NCBI GenBank assembly: GCA_964016885.1
Contig: OZ024741.1
Location: 182,280,001 to 182,344,000, forward strand
Source of the DNA: Eledone cirrhosa
Lineage: Eukaryota
DNA length: 64,000 bases
Direction of reading: 5' to 3'
Positions 54,101 through 64,000 of the stretch are shown piece after piece. The position numbers were made by a program, and so were the translations under genes. Within the stretch, counting starts at the first letter, position 1; the number at the start of each line of letters is the position of its first letter. The notes under the pieces were generated by a model, which searched no databases, was not told the origin of the DNA, and saw nothing but the letters and a program-made list of their open reading frames with translations.

Positions 54101-55137
54101 ACATCCAGCACCACCGACTTACCTTCTGGGTCCAGGAAGATGGCCCATATGGCGAGATCCAAACCTCTTCGAAAAAGCACGGCAACCCCTCCTCCCGATC
54201 CTGGACGGCTGGGAGATGCGTATACATCGTAGCCGCCGAATATCGGTGCGAAGGCTCGTGCTTCGGAGATTCTGGTCCCGCTGATGGCCACTACATCTAT
54301 GTTTAGTGACCTGAGGTCGTTGAGCAGGTGACCCTGCTTCCTAGATGACCCCAGGCCACGTACATTTATACTGCCTATTCTAAGTACGGCCATGTTGGAT
54401 GAGAAACGGGGTAAGTGAGAAAGGATCACTTACCTTGATCGTGTGGTGAAGCGGCAGTTGAACCGTCCCTTTGGCTGGTCATGGGTGTTTCCAAGAGGAT
54501 GTCGGTGTATATCCTCTTGGTAACCGACCCTCTGAAGTCTCCAACTGCGTTGGGGAATTTTTCTTTTAACAGTTTTTAGTGTTCCATTTTGATTTCAATT
54601 ATGTTTGTTTTTCGGGAGAGTTCTTGGTGTTGTTGGGGTGTAGTAGTTTTTTTCTGTGATGTCTGTGTGCTGCTTTATATGTTGTAAGAGTTCTTTATTT
54701 TCCATGTTTATGGCTGTGTACATTTTGGGGGGAGGGGTGATTTTGTTGCTGTTTTCTTGTTGTTGCTGTTTGGTGTGTGTGTTTGCGATGTTGGTGTTTT
54801 TGGTGATGCTGGTGGTGGTGTGGTTGTTGTTGGTGGTGATGCTTGTGGTGGTGATGGTGATGGTGGTGGTGTTGCTGCAAGTCTTCTTGCAGCCTTTACC
54901 TCTCTTTCTCTGCCTTCGCTTTTGGAGGGTGAAGCTAAGCGATTTTTCCTTTTTTGTTTTGTTTTTTGTGGCAGACATTTGCCACTTCACTCCCACCTCA
55001 TACTCCATGTCGGATTCCGTGGCGTCTGGGAGGGGTATGAGCTCCACTGCTGTTGGTGGCGGTAGTGGAGCCCGCTCCGGCGGTTTTGCTGCTGGTGTAG
55101 CTACTGCGACTGTTGGTGTTGCCGCCACTGCTGCCGC
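51170..55137 (-). mobile_element. Tx1/L1-clade LINE: ORF1 C-terminus, ORF2 (APE, partial RT, C-terminal zinc motif), 3' UTR and (TTA)n tail; frameshifted and internally deleted
   Basis: APE motifs SINVRGL, LVAVYAP, VGDWNG, SYLDRV; RT motifs QGCPLS and SAFADDVT; KLLGVWF; GGLGMP. C-terminus colinear with 32651-34025. Confidence 0.93.
53596..54393 (-). pseudogene. Apurinic endonuclease domain of the Tx1-like ORF2
   Basis: Open frame MAVLRIGSINVRGL...; ISGT and TNH where catalytic E and SDH are expected, then a frameshift. Confidence 0.88.
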
Positions 55138-55870
55138 TGGAATGCATCATATGATCGGTGGGTTGCACTTATCCGCTGCATCTTATTTCCTCCTCCTTGA
55201 ATAATATCTCTCTTCCCAAACTCGTCGTCTGTAATAATTGCTGCCACTTCATTTGCAGCAGGGGCATTGTAGCGGCCTCTGTGTTCAGAACAGGCTTTTT
55301 GTCTGCATCAATAACTATCTTGTATTTAGTGGTGCAGATTCTAATGCATACTTGAAGATTCTGATGTAGCTATTGTTTGCATGCAACATATCTTCCAGAT
55401 CAAAGATTAACTCTTCTTTCAAATTTGGAAGGTTAAATGGCCGTTGCAAAGCCTGCTCCTTCTAATTTGCCACAACATATAGCTGTAAAAACTGAGGATT
55501 TTTGCCTTCAATTGGCCAGAAAGATCCAATAAGATGGTATAATTGACTATGAACTTTAAAGTTGGCTTCATGTTCCCTTCTCTTATAATATTGTTACCAA
55601 AGGAGGTCATTTGGAAAGCAGAATTATAATTTCAAGTAGTGCATACTCCTTGGCGTGTTTCCCAAAAGTAATGCCTTCAAAGTGTCTGAGGGTGTACCAA
55701 CGTCAGTAAAACAACCGTTCCTCCACCACAACACATAGTGGTGGTTTCTCTTTCCCATTTATTTTCTTTACAAAAATTGCACTCTTTTGACATTTCTCCA
55801 ATATCAATCAATTTCCCTGTAGAATAATCATGTTTGGGATCATAGTTGAAAGCCGATGTATTCATGTATA
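55137..55870 (-). mobile_element. Helitron RepHel N-terminal coding relic
   Basis: IGEMSKECNFCKENKWERETTTMCCGGG, YNSAFQMTSFG, VIDADKKP, EHRGRYNAPAANEVAAII, QRISATHRSYDAFQ. Confidence 0.88.
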
Positions 55871-56429
55871 CTGATGGACCGGCAACTGCTCTGTCTTAAA
55901 TATTACTGGAATTCTATAAGAATCCAGCTTCTATAAATCTCGGCAGAAGCAAGGGAGTGAGTCGTCTTGATAAACGCTAACTAGCGAGAAAAACACTGTC
56001 GATCATGCTTCTTTGCTTTTGCCGAGAATAAGTAAGTGACATAGTCACTACTTTAAAACCGATAGCGTATGGTCTTCAAAATGTTTTTAATTAAACATAG
56101 AGTATATTGCCAAATATACTATACATACATTCATGTATACATCGCTATTTCAGATCACCAATACTAATATGTATATATGTATATATGTATGTATATATGT
56201 ATATATATATTATGTATGTATATCTATATCAAACATTGTAAGAAAGTCAAAGATACGAAATTATCATTTATATATGTGTCATTTTTCTATTATAGCTAAA
56301 CAAACTACTCTAACTTTATACAGAACTTTAACAACCTTCTGTATTACCCAATTCCTAGCTACCTAACTAATTTTCCTGGCAAAATAACACATATAAACTT
56401 ATCGCTTCGCATGATTTAAAAAAAAAATA

Positions 56430-56645
56430 GTAATAATTGTTTCTACTTTAGGCACAAGGCCAACGATTTGAAGAGGAGGGGAAAGTCGATTAAATCGACC
56501 CCAGTAGACACTGGTGCTTTATTTTATCGACCCCCGTAAGGATGAAAGGCAAAGCTAACCTCAGCGGGATTTGAACCCAGACCGTAGAGGGACGTAACTC
56601 TCTGTCGCGAAGCATGGTCTCCGACGCTCTACCGATACTGCCAAT
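56430..56645 (-). mobile_element. SINE family A, longer-tail subfamily
   Basis: Family core and tail. Confidence 0.9.
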
Positions 56646-56849
56646 ACATTGCTCTCTTATAAAAAAAAAACTTCCTTTGCGTAACATACACTTGAATATT
56701 ATTGCCTGCTTAAAAGCTGTATGCCTTTTGACTTCTTTCGCTATCTTGATATTGTCTCATTATTGGTATTAATTATTTTTTGTTCTGAATATTTCCCGAA
56801 GAGATGCCGTTGGGGTAAAGCACTTATAAGGGAGATAATTACTGAATAA

Positions 56850-57078
56850 TAATGGTTTCTTATATAAGAACAAGGCCAGCAATTTTTTGCGGTGGTGGTG
56901 GTGGTGGTAGTGGGGGGTCAATTAAATCAACCCCAGTGCGTAACTGGTACTTTATTTTATTGACCCCGTAAGGATGAAAGGCAAAGTTAACCGCGGCGGG
57001 ATTTGAACTCAGATCATAACGGACCGTAACTCTATGCTGCAAAGCATGTTGTCCGATTCTCTACCGATACTGCCAATC
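56850..57078 (-). mobile_element. SINE family A, longer-tail subfamily
   Basis: Family core; tail contains (GGT)n. Confidence 0.9.
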
Positions 57079-57754
57079 AATAATAATCTTCAGCTGCTCT
57101 GCAAATAGATGTGATAGTCTAGCCGTATTGAAACGTTCGTAGAGATGTATAAATAAATGATAATTTCTTATCCTTGACATTTTTACAATTTTGAATTTTA
57201 ATTGCTCTGTTACCTGAACCGCCCTTAACAACAGAATATTTTAACGACCAATATCTTGATCGTCCAGTTTTTACTCCAGAGAGACTGAGGACGGTAAAGT
57301 GCATTGAGCTTATCTCATCTGACCGAATAAAATAATGAAGTACTACATTATAGTCACATATATTACTACACAGACAGACACACACACACACACGCACACA
57401 CATATATATATATATATTTATAATTATGTTTTAAGTATAACTTGGTTATTCTCTCTCCATTTATTATATATATAAATATATATATATACATGCACACACA
57501 CACACACATATGCCATGTATATGAAGAAATAGAAGGCAATAAAATGAAGAAAACAGAAAATAAATCTGTCAGAATCAATCTCTAGGCTATCGTGGGGTCT
57601 GCTCAGCCTGGATGGGTCCCTATGGCTTTAGGGGAGTTCCCAACCTATGGTGTTGTTACTGCCCATATTGCTTGAAGGAGGTCTGGCCGAGAGGTGTCTG
57701 CATGTTCTGGAGAAGTCCCTATAGCTTGAGGGGAGTTCACATCTCAGTGTGTTG

Positions 57755-59079
57755 CTACTGTGCATATAGCTTGAGGAAGGTCCCGGCCCTGAGGTGTCTG
57801 CATGTCCCGAAGAAGTCGGTTCTGAGGTTTATCAGGCGGCTTCCACCTCTTAGTATCTCGAGGGTCTCGTTCAGACTTAGTTTGCATATGCCAGATCCCC
57901 CTTTATCGGGTGGTACCTTCCTGATTATGGACCAGGCCAGAGAGTACGGGTCCTGTCCAGCTTAAGTTTCCAGATCAGGTCGGAAAGAGCCGTACTTTTC
58001 CTTTTGGCCTCCTTATTGAAGGAATGGCGATGGTTATACCAACGGTCTTTAAAGCTCGTTGATATGGCTCCTATGTAGAGGTGTTCGGAGTTGGGGGTTT
58101 TAACCCTACATCCGTATATTAGGTTCTTCTTAAGGCATTCATTACTAAGGGAACATGTTTCGGGGTTTCTGCAGTTGCAGAGGGTGGTAGACCTCTGCGT
58201 GCCTAGTTTGGGGGCCCGTTACGTGTTACATGGTGGTCTTCCCCCGGGCACGGTGGGGGGTCCCCAGGTCTGTTTGAGTTTCTTGGGTGGACACTGGGTC
58301 CCCCTTCCCTCCTTCCACATGGTTCTGCTGGGTGCTTATATTGCCATCTTCTGGTTGTGTGTGGTTTTCAAGTCTACTCCTATTGATGCTAGCTATGTGT
58401 TGGGCCAAATTTCTCGCGGTGGAATACGAGAGCTTCACAGTGTGTCTGTTGAAGATCTTGTGGTATCTATGGTCCCTCGGGAAGAATTTATCAAGTGCTC
58501 CAAAGAATGATCGGGCCAAGCTGTTCTTTAGGGCCGCTGAGTAGGGTGGGTTGTACCACGTGATTTTTCTGCGTCGACTCCTATATGGGTGAGTTGGGGG
58601 CGTCGTGAGTTGTTGAAGAGTTGTTGGGTTGCTGGTGGTTCCCGCATTGTTGCTTCCCCTTTGGGCGCTATGCGTTTTGCTATCTTCACGGCCCGAATAT
58701 ATGGGGTGATCGTTGCCCGCGCTGGGAGATCCACTGTGGAGTGGTCCCCCGTTACCCCCCCCCCCCACGTGTCCTGCGGTTGGGGTCGTTGGGCCCGGGG
58801 TGGTTATCATCACCCTTGAGACTGCTACTCATATTGGGTTTCATCTCATGGTTAAGCTTACTCGTCACCATCGCCCGTGTGGTGGTGTCGGGCTCATGGT
58901 GCTTATTTGTTTCTGTTCTGCCTGTATTGTTAGGGTTCACCTCCTCCCGGACAACGAGGGTGTGGGTGTCCGTTGGGCCATCCCCATCCCGGCGATTCGG
59001 ACTATATGTAATATTTTGGCCATGTGCCGCTTTATTTAGAGCTGCGTTGTAATATTCCGCGTTGTTATCGAAGATTTCC

Positions 59080-59083
<4 letters not shown>
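57755..59083 (-). mobile_element. Penelope-like element (Neptune/Nematis-like) C-terminal part: thumb, linker and GIY-YIG endonuclease
   Basis: EIFDNNAEYYNAAL; RRKITWYNPPYS...KIFNRHTVKLSYS; CNCRNPETCSLSNECL..LIY...LYIG...FKDRWYNH; WSII; CKL; FFGTCRH; stop at 57755-57757. Confidence 0.9.
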
Positions 59084-59125
<42 letters not shown>

Positions 59126-59152
59126 GTATATATATGTATATATATGTATGTC

Positions 59153-59190
<38 letters not shown>

Positions 59191-59198
59191 GTAGAAAG

Positions 59199-59247
59199 GC
59201 TTCTACGGGACTAGAACTGTTTCATTCGGGAGAAATCATCAGGAAGC
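59199..59247 (-). ncRNA. Type I hammerhead ribozyme, stem III partly decayed
   Basis: GCTTC CTGATGA t TTC tccc GAA t GAAAC agttctagtccc GTA^ GAAGC. Perfect stem I. Same strand as, and just upstream of, the PLE relic. Confidence 0.75.
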
Positions 59248-59422
59248 TGCCTGTCCAAGTAATATGGTGGTATTGATATCTTTTCTGGTGGTAGGAGAGG
59301 TGATGATTGGGATGGGTGGAAGTCATTGGTTGGTGGGTTTAAAGAAAAGGGAATTCTTTAAAAACTATATTTAGAATAAAAAAGGCAAAAAGAATTCTAT
59401 AGACAGGTTTACTCTGGGGGTG

Positions 59423-59496
59423 TATATCGCGGACTTTCATTTATGGCAGGAGATACGTTCCAGAAATAACTGCGATAAATGAAAGTTCGCGATATA
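59423..59496. repeat. 27-bp inverted repeat (2 mismatches, 20-nt spacer)
   Basis: tatatcgcggactttcatttatggcag / ctgcgataaatgaaagttcgcgatata. Confidence 0.9.
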
Positions 59497-59526
59497 GAGA
59501 GACCATAAAGACAACCGTTGTTTTCA

Positions 59527-60191
59527 TAGTTTAAGCTTAAAATGTAGTTAAAGCTTATATGTAGTTAAAGCTTATATGTAGTTAAAGCTTAAAATGTAGT
59601 TAAAGCTTATATGTAGTTAAAGCTTATATGTAGTTAAAGCTTATATGTAGTTAAAGCTTATATGTAGTTAAAGCTTAAAATGTAGTTAAAGCTTATATGT
59701 AGTTAAAGCTTAAAATGTAGTTAAAGCTTATATGTAGTTAAAGCTTATATGTAGTTAAAGCTTATATGTAGTTAAAGCTTAAAATGTAGTTAAAGCTTAT
59801 ATGTAGTTAAAGCTTATATGTAGTTAAAGCTTATATGTAGTTAAAGCTTATATGTAGTTAAAGCTTAAAATGTAGTTAAAGCTTATATGTAGTTAAAGCT
59901 TATATGTAGTTAAAGCTTAAAATGTAGTTAAAGCTTATATGTAGTTAAAGCTTATATGTAGTTAAAGCTTATATGTAGTTAAAGCTTATATGTAGTTAAA
60001 GCTTAAAATGTAGTTAAAGCTTATATGTAGTTAAAGCTTATATGTAGTTAAAGCTTATATGTAGTTAAAGCTTATATGTAGTTAAAGCTTATATGTAGTT
60101 AAAGCTTATATGTAGTTAAAGCTTAAAATGTAGTTAAAGCTTATATGTAGTTAAAGCTTATATGTAGTTAAAGCTTATATGTAGTTAAAGC
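59527..60191. repeat. Minisatellite, ~38 units of GTAGTTAAAGCTTATAT (17 bp) and GTAGTTAAAGCTTAAAAT (18 bp)
   Basis: Two-variant, essentially error-free array ending in the left arm of a perfect hairpin at 60182-60224. Confidence 0.97.
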
Positions 60192-60318
60192 GTGTAGGAG
60201 AGGTTCTCCTACACGCTTTAACTATATATAAACTCATTAAAACACACTTTTGTACTTAAACACCAAAGACAGCCTGTAACGATCGTATAGAAACTACCAC
60301 CAACGATCGTACCACTAG

Positions 60319-60364
<46 letters not shown>

Positions 60365-60421
60365 AGAATCAGTGTATATATATATATATATATATATATA
60401 CACTGATTCTCTTTTTTTTCT

Positions 60422-60460
<39 letters not shown>

Positions 60461-60465
<5 letters not shown>

Positions 60466-60780
60466 AGAAAAAAAGAGAATCAGTGTTGCGACGAAAGGAA
60501 TTTATTGGACATATTACAATCGTTTCTCTGGCGACCAGCTCGAGGCACGATCGATGTGATGATCGAACCTGACTCTGAAAATCGCAAGGTTCTCAGATAC
60601 GTCTTGATTCTACGAAGCAGATTTTCCTAATTAGAAAAATCTGCTTCCTAATTAGGAAAATCTGCTTCGTAGAATCAAGACGTATCTGAGGACCTTGCGA
60701 TTTTCAGAGTCAAGTTCGATCATCACATCGATCATACCTTGAGCTAGTCGCCACACTGTTTCTCTTTTTTTTCTGTGATA
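60461..60780. mobile_element. Large palindromic element with two outward-facing long-stem-II hammerheads
   Basis: Arms mirror around gaagcagattttcctaattaggaaaatctgcttc. Left arm (minus, 60508-60603): GACGTAT CTGAGAA...GAAACGATTGTA^ATATGTC. Right arm has GACGTAT CTGAGGA but lacks the GAAAC half. Confidence 0.75.
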
Positions 60781-60854
60781 TCATACTCTGCTCTATGAGA
60801 GCATCGAGTGCTCAAACGGCCTACCGCAAACGGATGCTTTAAGCATCCAACACC

Positions 60855-61018
<164 letters not shown>

Positions 61019-61097
61019 GGGGGGTGCATGTGTGTGCATATATATAAGACATATGTTTTATTTTGTATCATTCATGACACCCTTTACTTTGAAAGTA

Positions 61098-61273
61098 ATA
61101 ATAATTGTTTTTACTTTTTGGCACAAGGTCAGCAATTACCAGTGTATTACTGGTACTTTATGTTATCGACCCCGTAAGGATGAAAGGCAAAGTCAACCTC
61201 GGCGGGATTTGAACTCAGATCGTTAAGGGACGTAACTATGCTGGAAAGCATGGCGTCCGACCCTCTACCGATC
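61098..61273 (-). mobile_element. SINE family A
   Basis: Near-identical to 12400-12588. Confidence 0.9.
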
Positions 61274-61393
61274 AATCCAAATAATAATATATATATACAT
61301 ATGCATTTATTAAGTGGGTCTTGTTACTCTGGCGTTTCACCTGCGCAATCGCAGGATCATCAGACATGATACATACATATATATATACATTTG

Positions 61394-61440
<47 letters not shown>

Positions 61441-61537
61441 TAGGTATGAGTATATGTTTGTGTATGTATAAAGATCCTTATGATCTCTAAATTAGATAGA
61501 AATGGAAATATGACCATAGAGATTTTAATACTAATAA

Positions 61538-61579
<42 letters not shown>

Positions 61580-61961
61580 TTGTAACCTTCAAATACGAGA
61601 CAGATAATAAATATTTTATAAACTGGATAGCTGCCATGAAGTATTACAAGATGTCTGATGTACACGCACATATATATATACGCTGCACACATACATACAC
61701 TGCACTCATATACGTGTATACGTGTGTGTACGAGCGTGCGCACGTGTGTGTATAATATGATAGAATTAAGAAAACCACTTTAGACATATGTTAGTATCTG
61801 GTCACATGACTGTATAGAGGTACCTTTGTTGGAGGTCTCTTTTGATTGCAGATTATCTGGAAAATTAATAAACTAAGACTGTAGTCTTAGCAAAATTCCA
61901 GCAAGTGAATGAAACCTTTAGGTAGTTATAAAATCTGCTAGGTATATCAGCCATACCTACC

Positions 61962-62159
61962 CAGACCTGCCAACTTCTAAAAATCCAAACGGGGAGTACC
62001 ATGTTAAAAAAAGGTGCTCCAAAACGTGGGGAAATGGGGCAAAATGGGGAGATTTTACATAATGAATGTTATACCCATTTTCACAAAAGAAGACATTTTT
62101 CATCTACTCCAAAGTGGGTTGGAGATCTCCCCATCTGACGGGGAGAGTCGGCAGGTCTT
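61962..62159. mobile_element. MITE, second copy
   Basis: cagacctgccaacttct...agagtcggcaggtct, flanked by cctacc repeats; interior matches 22957-23129. Confidence 0.9.
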
Positions 62160-62489
62160 CCTACCCAAAATCGCAGCCAACCTCCTTTTAAAAAAATAAG
62201 GATATATTTGGCAATCTACACTTCAGAGTATAAAGGAAAAGGTAAAAAAAAAAAAGAAGGAAAAATGGGTAGAGTTGTGGCAGCTGGACTACCTTTGATA
62301 ATAAATTGGAACTTGATCAAAGCTAACTAACATACGGCTGAACAACAACAAAAACAGCTAAAACGTGTGCTGTTTCATTCCCAGGGGATTTTAAATAATC
62401 TCCCTGAAAGAGCTCGAGAAACAGCCTAAGAACGTATTTAGAAATGAATAAGAAGATTGATAACCAAAAACACCATTATTATCGTTGAT

Positions 62490-62616
62490 GAGTTCTGAGT
62501 TCAGATCCCACCGAGGTTAACTTTGCCTTTCATCCTTACGGGGTCGATAAAATAAAGTACCAGTAATGTACTGGATAATTGCTGACCTTGTGCCAAAAGT
62601 AGAAACAATTATTATT
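62490..62616 (+). mobile_element. SINE family A, 5'-truncated, with (TTA)n tail
   Basis: B box through to gtagaaacaattattatta. Confidence 0.9.
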
Positions 62617-63229
62617 ATCATTGATCTTGTTTACATTGGACATCTACGTATCGGCTCCTGTAATCTTTTTTTTTTTTTTTCTTTCACAATTTATAAAAAC
62701 TCGTTTTGCTTTAATGTTTGAATATTTCTCTCTCTAAGCCGACGAACTTCCTCAGAAATTGGTCGTTTTCCTTTTATCTTTATCCCCTAAATGACTAAAG
62801 TTACATTTGTTTTGTGGCTGCCCCCCCCCTCCCCACCTAAAATAAAAAAATAAAAAATATGGTGCATACCGAAGTTTCTTTTCCCAAGCAAAACTTCAAC
62901 ATGCACGAGAACAGCGACGCTATTTATACAACTGTGAACTGATTTATTGTCGGTAATTCAATTTATTAATAAATATAACGCATTCATACAACCTTTTCAA
63001 TACGACATCTTGGCTTATCCAGCAAACATCGATCGGATACGGCAGTTCATTTTGTTATGATTGTTGAATTGTCAGTGGATCAGACCATACGCGAATAAGA
63101 AGGTTACTGTTTTTATAACATCCATGACATTATATATCTTAATGTTAATACACAACGCACCTTTATGTACGATGCAATTACACTGGTCAACAAAATTTTC
63201 CGTTTCTATTCTGCAGACCTAAGTTTGAG

Positions 63230-64000
63230 ACCTGTTCTTGAGAAATTCGGGACCGTTGAGTTTAAAAATGACAATACTTTTTTCCTACCCTGTTGTGACG
63301 TGGCGGGACTGTTAAAAGCGATGGGTGCTCTACAGTATGATCCTCATGAATGGAGACACTTTATAGATAGTTCAAAGAAGAGTCTAAAATGTGTGTTACT
63401 CCATAATGGAAACTTAGTGCAATCCTATTGGTCACTCTGTGCACTTAAAAGAGAAGAATGAAAACATAAAAACTGTATTAGATTTACTCAAGTATGATGA
63501 ACACAAATGGGACATATGTGTGGATCTGAAAATGGTAAACTTTTTACTTGGCCAACAAGGAGGGTATACAAAATATCTGTGTTTCCTGTGTTTATGGGAT
63601 AGCCGATTGGGAACAGAAGCACTGGTCAGTTAGAATAAGTTTGACTGTTGAGGAGAAGAATATCATACACCTACCACTTGTTGGGCGAGAGGAAATCATC
63701 TTCCTACTCCTACATATTAAACTAGGACTAATGAAGCAGTTTGTCAAATCTCTTAATGTGGAGGGTGACTGTTTCTAATTCATATGTACAACATTTCCTG
63801 GCCTAAGTTATGATAAAATAAAGGCTGGTGTTTTTTATGGGACACAAATCAGAAAGGTAATGAAATGCCAAGACTTTTCGAGGTCGATGACTGACATAGA
63901 AAAGAGCATGGGATTCATTTGTGTCTGTTGTGAAAGGATTTTGGGGCTTCAAAAAGGCTGCAAACTACAAGGATTTGGCGGAGACATTGCTCAATAGCTT
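63230..64000 (+). mobile_element. DNA transposase relic, probably Chapaev3-like (CMC group); runs off the window end
   Basis: WRHFIDSSKKSLKCVLLHNGN, VDLKMVNFLLGQQGGYTKYLCFLCLWDSR and LHIKLGLMKQFVK across frameshifts. Superfamily assigned from memory. Confidence 0.75.

Noticed and set aside
54595-55204. His/Gln/Thr-rich ORFs as a host gene
   Set aside because: They are the low-complexity part of the Tx1-like ORF1 and its alternative frames.
59527-60191. CRISPR-like array
   Set aside because: Units are contiguous with no unique spacers, there are no cas genes, and the context is eukaryotic.
60270-60315. Two AACGATCGTA palindromes resembling HHR stem III
   Set aside because: No CTGANGA or stem I partner was found.

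Overview
AT-rich, microsatellite-dense eukaryotic DNA. The SINE families and repeat style suggest an octopus or other cephalopod genome (inference). No intact host gene is evident; there are only a few weak candidate exons near 0.4-4.7 kb. The window is mostly decayed mobile DNA: two tRNA-derived SINE families (one with about 20 copies), CRE-like, Tx1/L1-like, R4/Dong-like and RTE-like LINE fragments, two clear and one very decayed Penelope-like element (PLE), Helitron pieces, a two-copy MITE, a Chapaev3-like transposase relic and a truncated 5S rRNA pseudogene. The notable signal is a cluster of about 10 type I hammerhead-ribozyme (HHR) motifs from several families between 32 and 61 kb, almost all in short elements next to (TA)n arrays. 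It includes a family with a CAGANGA (U4A) core, a U3-A8 covariant, two long-stem-II forms (one with an intron-like segment in loop II), fold-back palindromes centred on HHR stem II, and a ~38-copy 17/18-bp array whose unit matches the base of an adjacent perfect hairpin. All structures were read by eye and none has been tested. TE and SINE boundaries are approximate.
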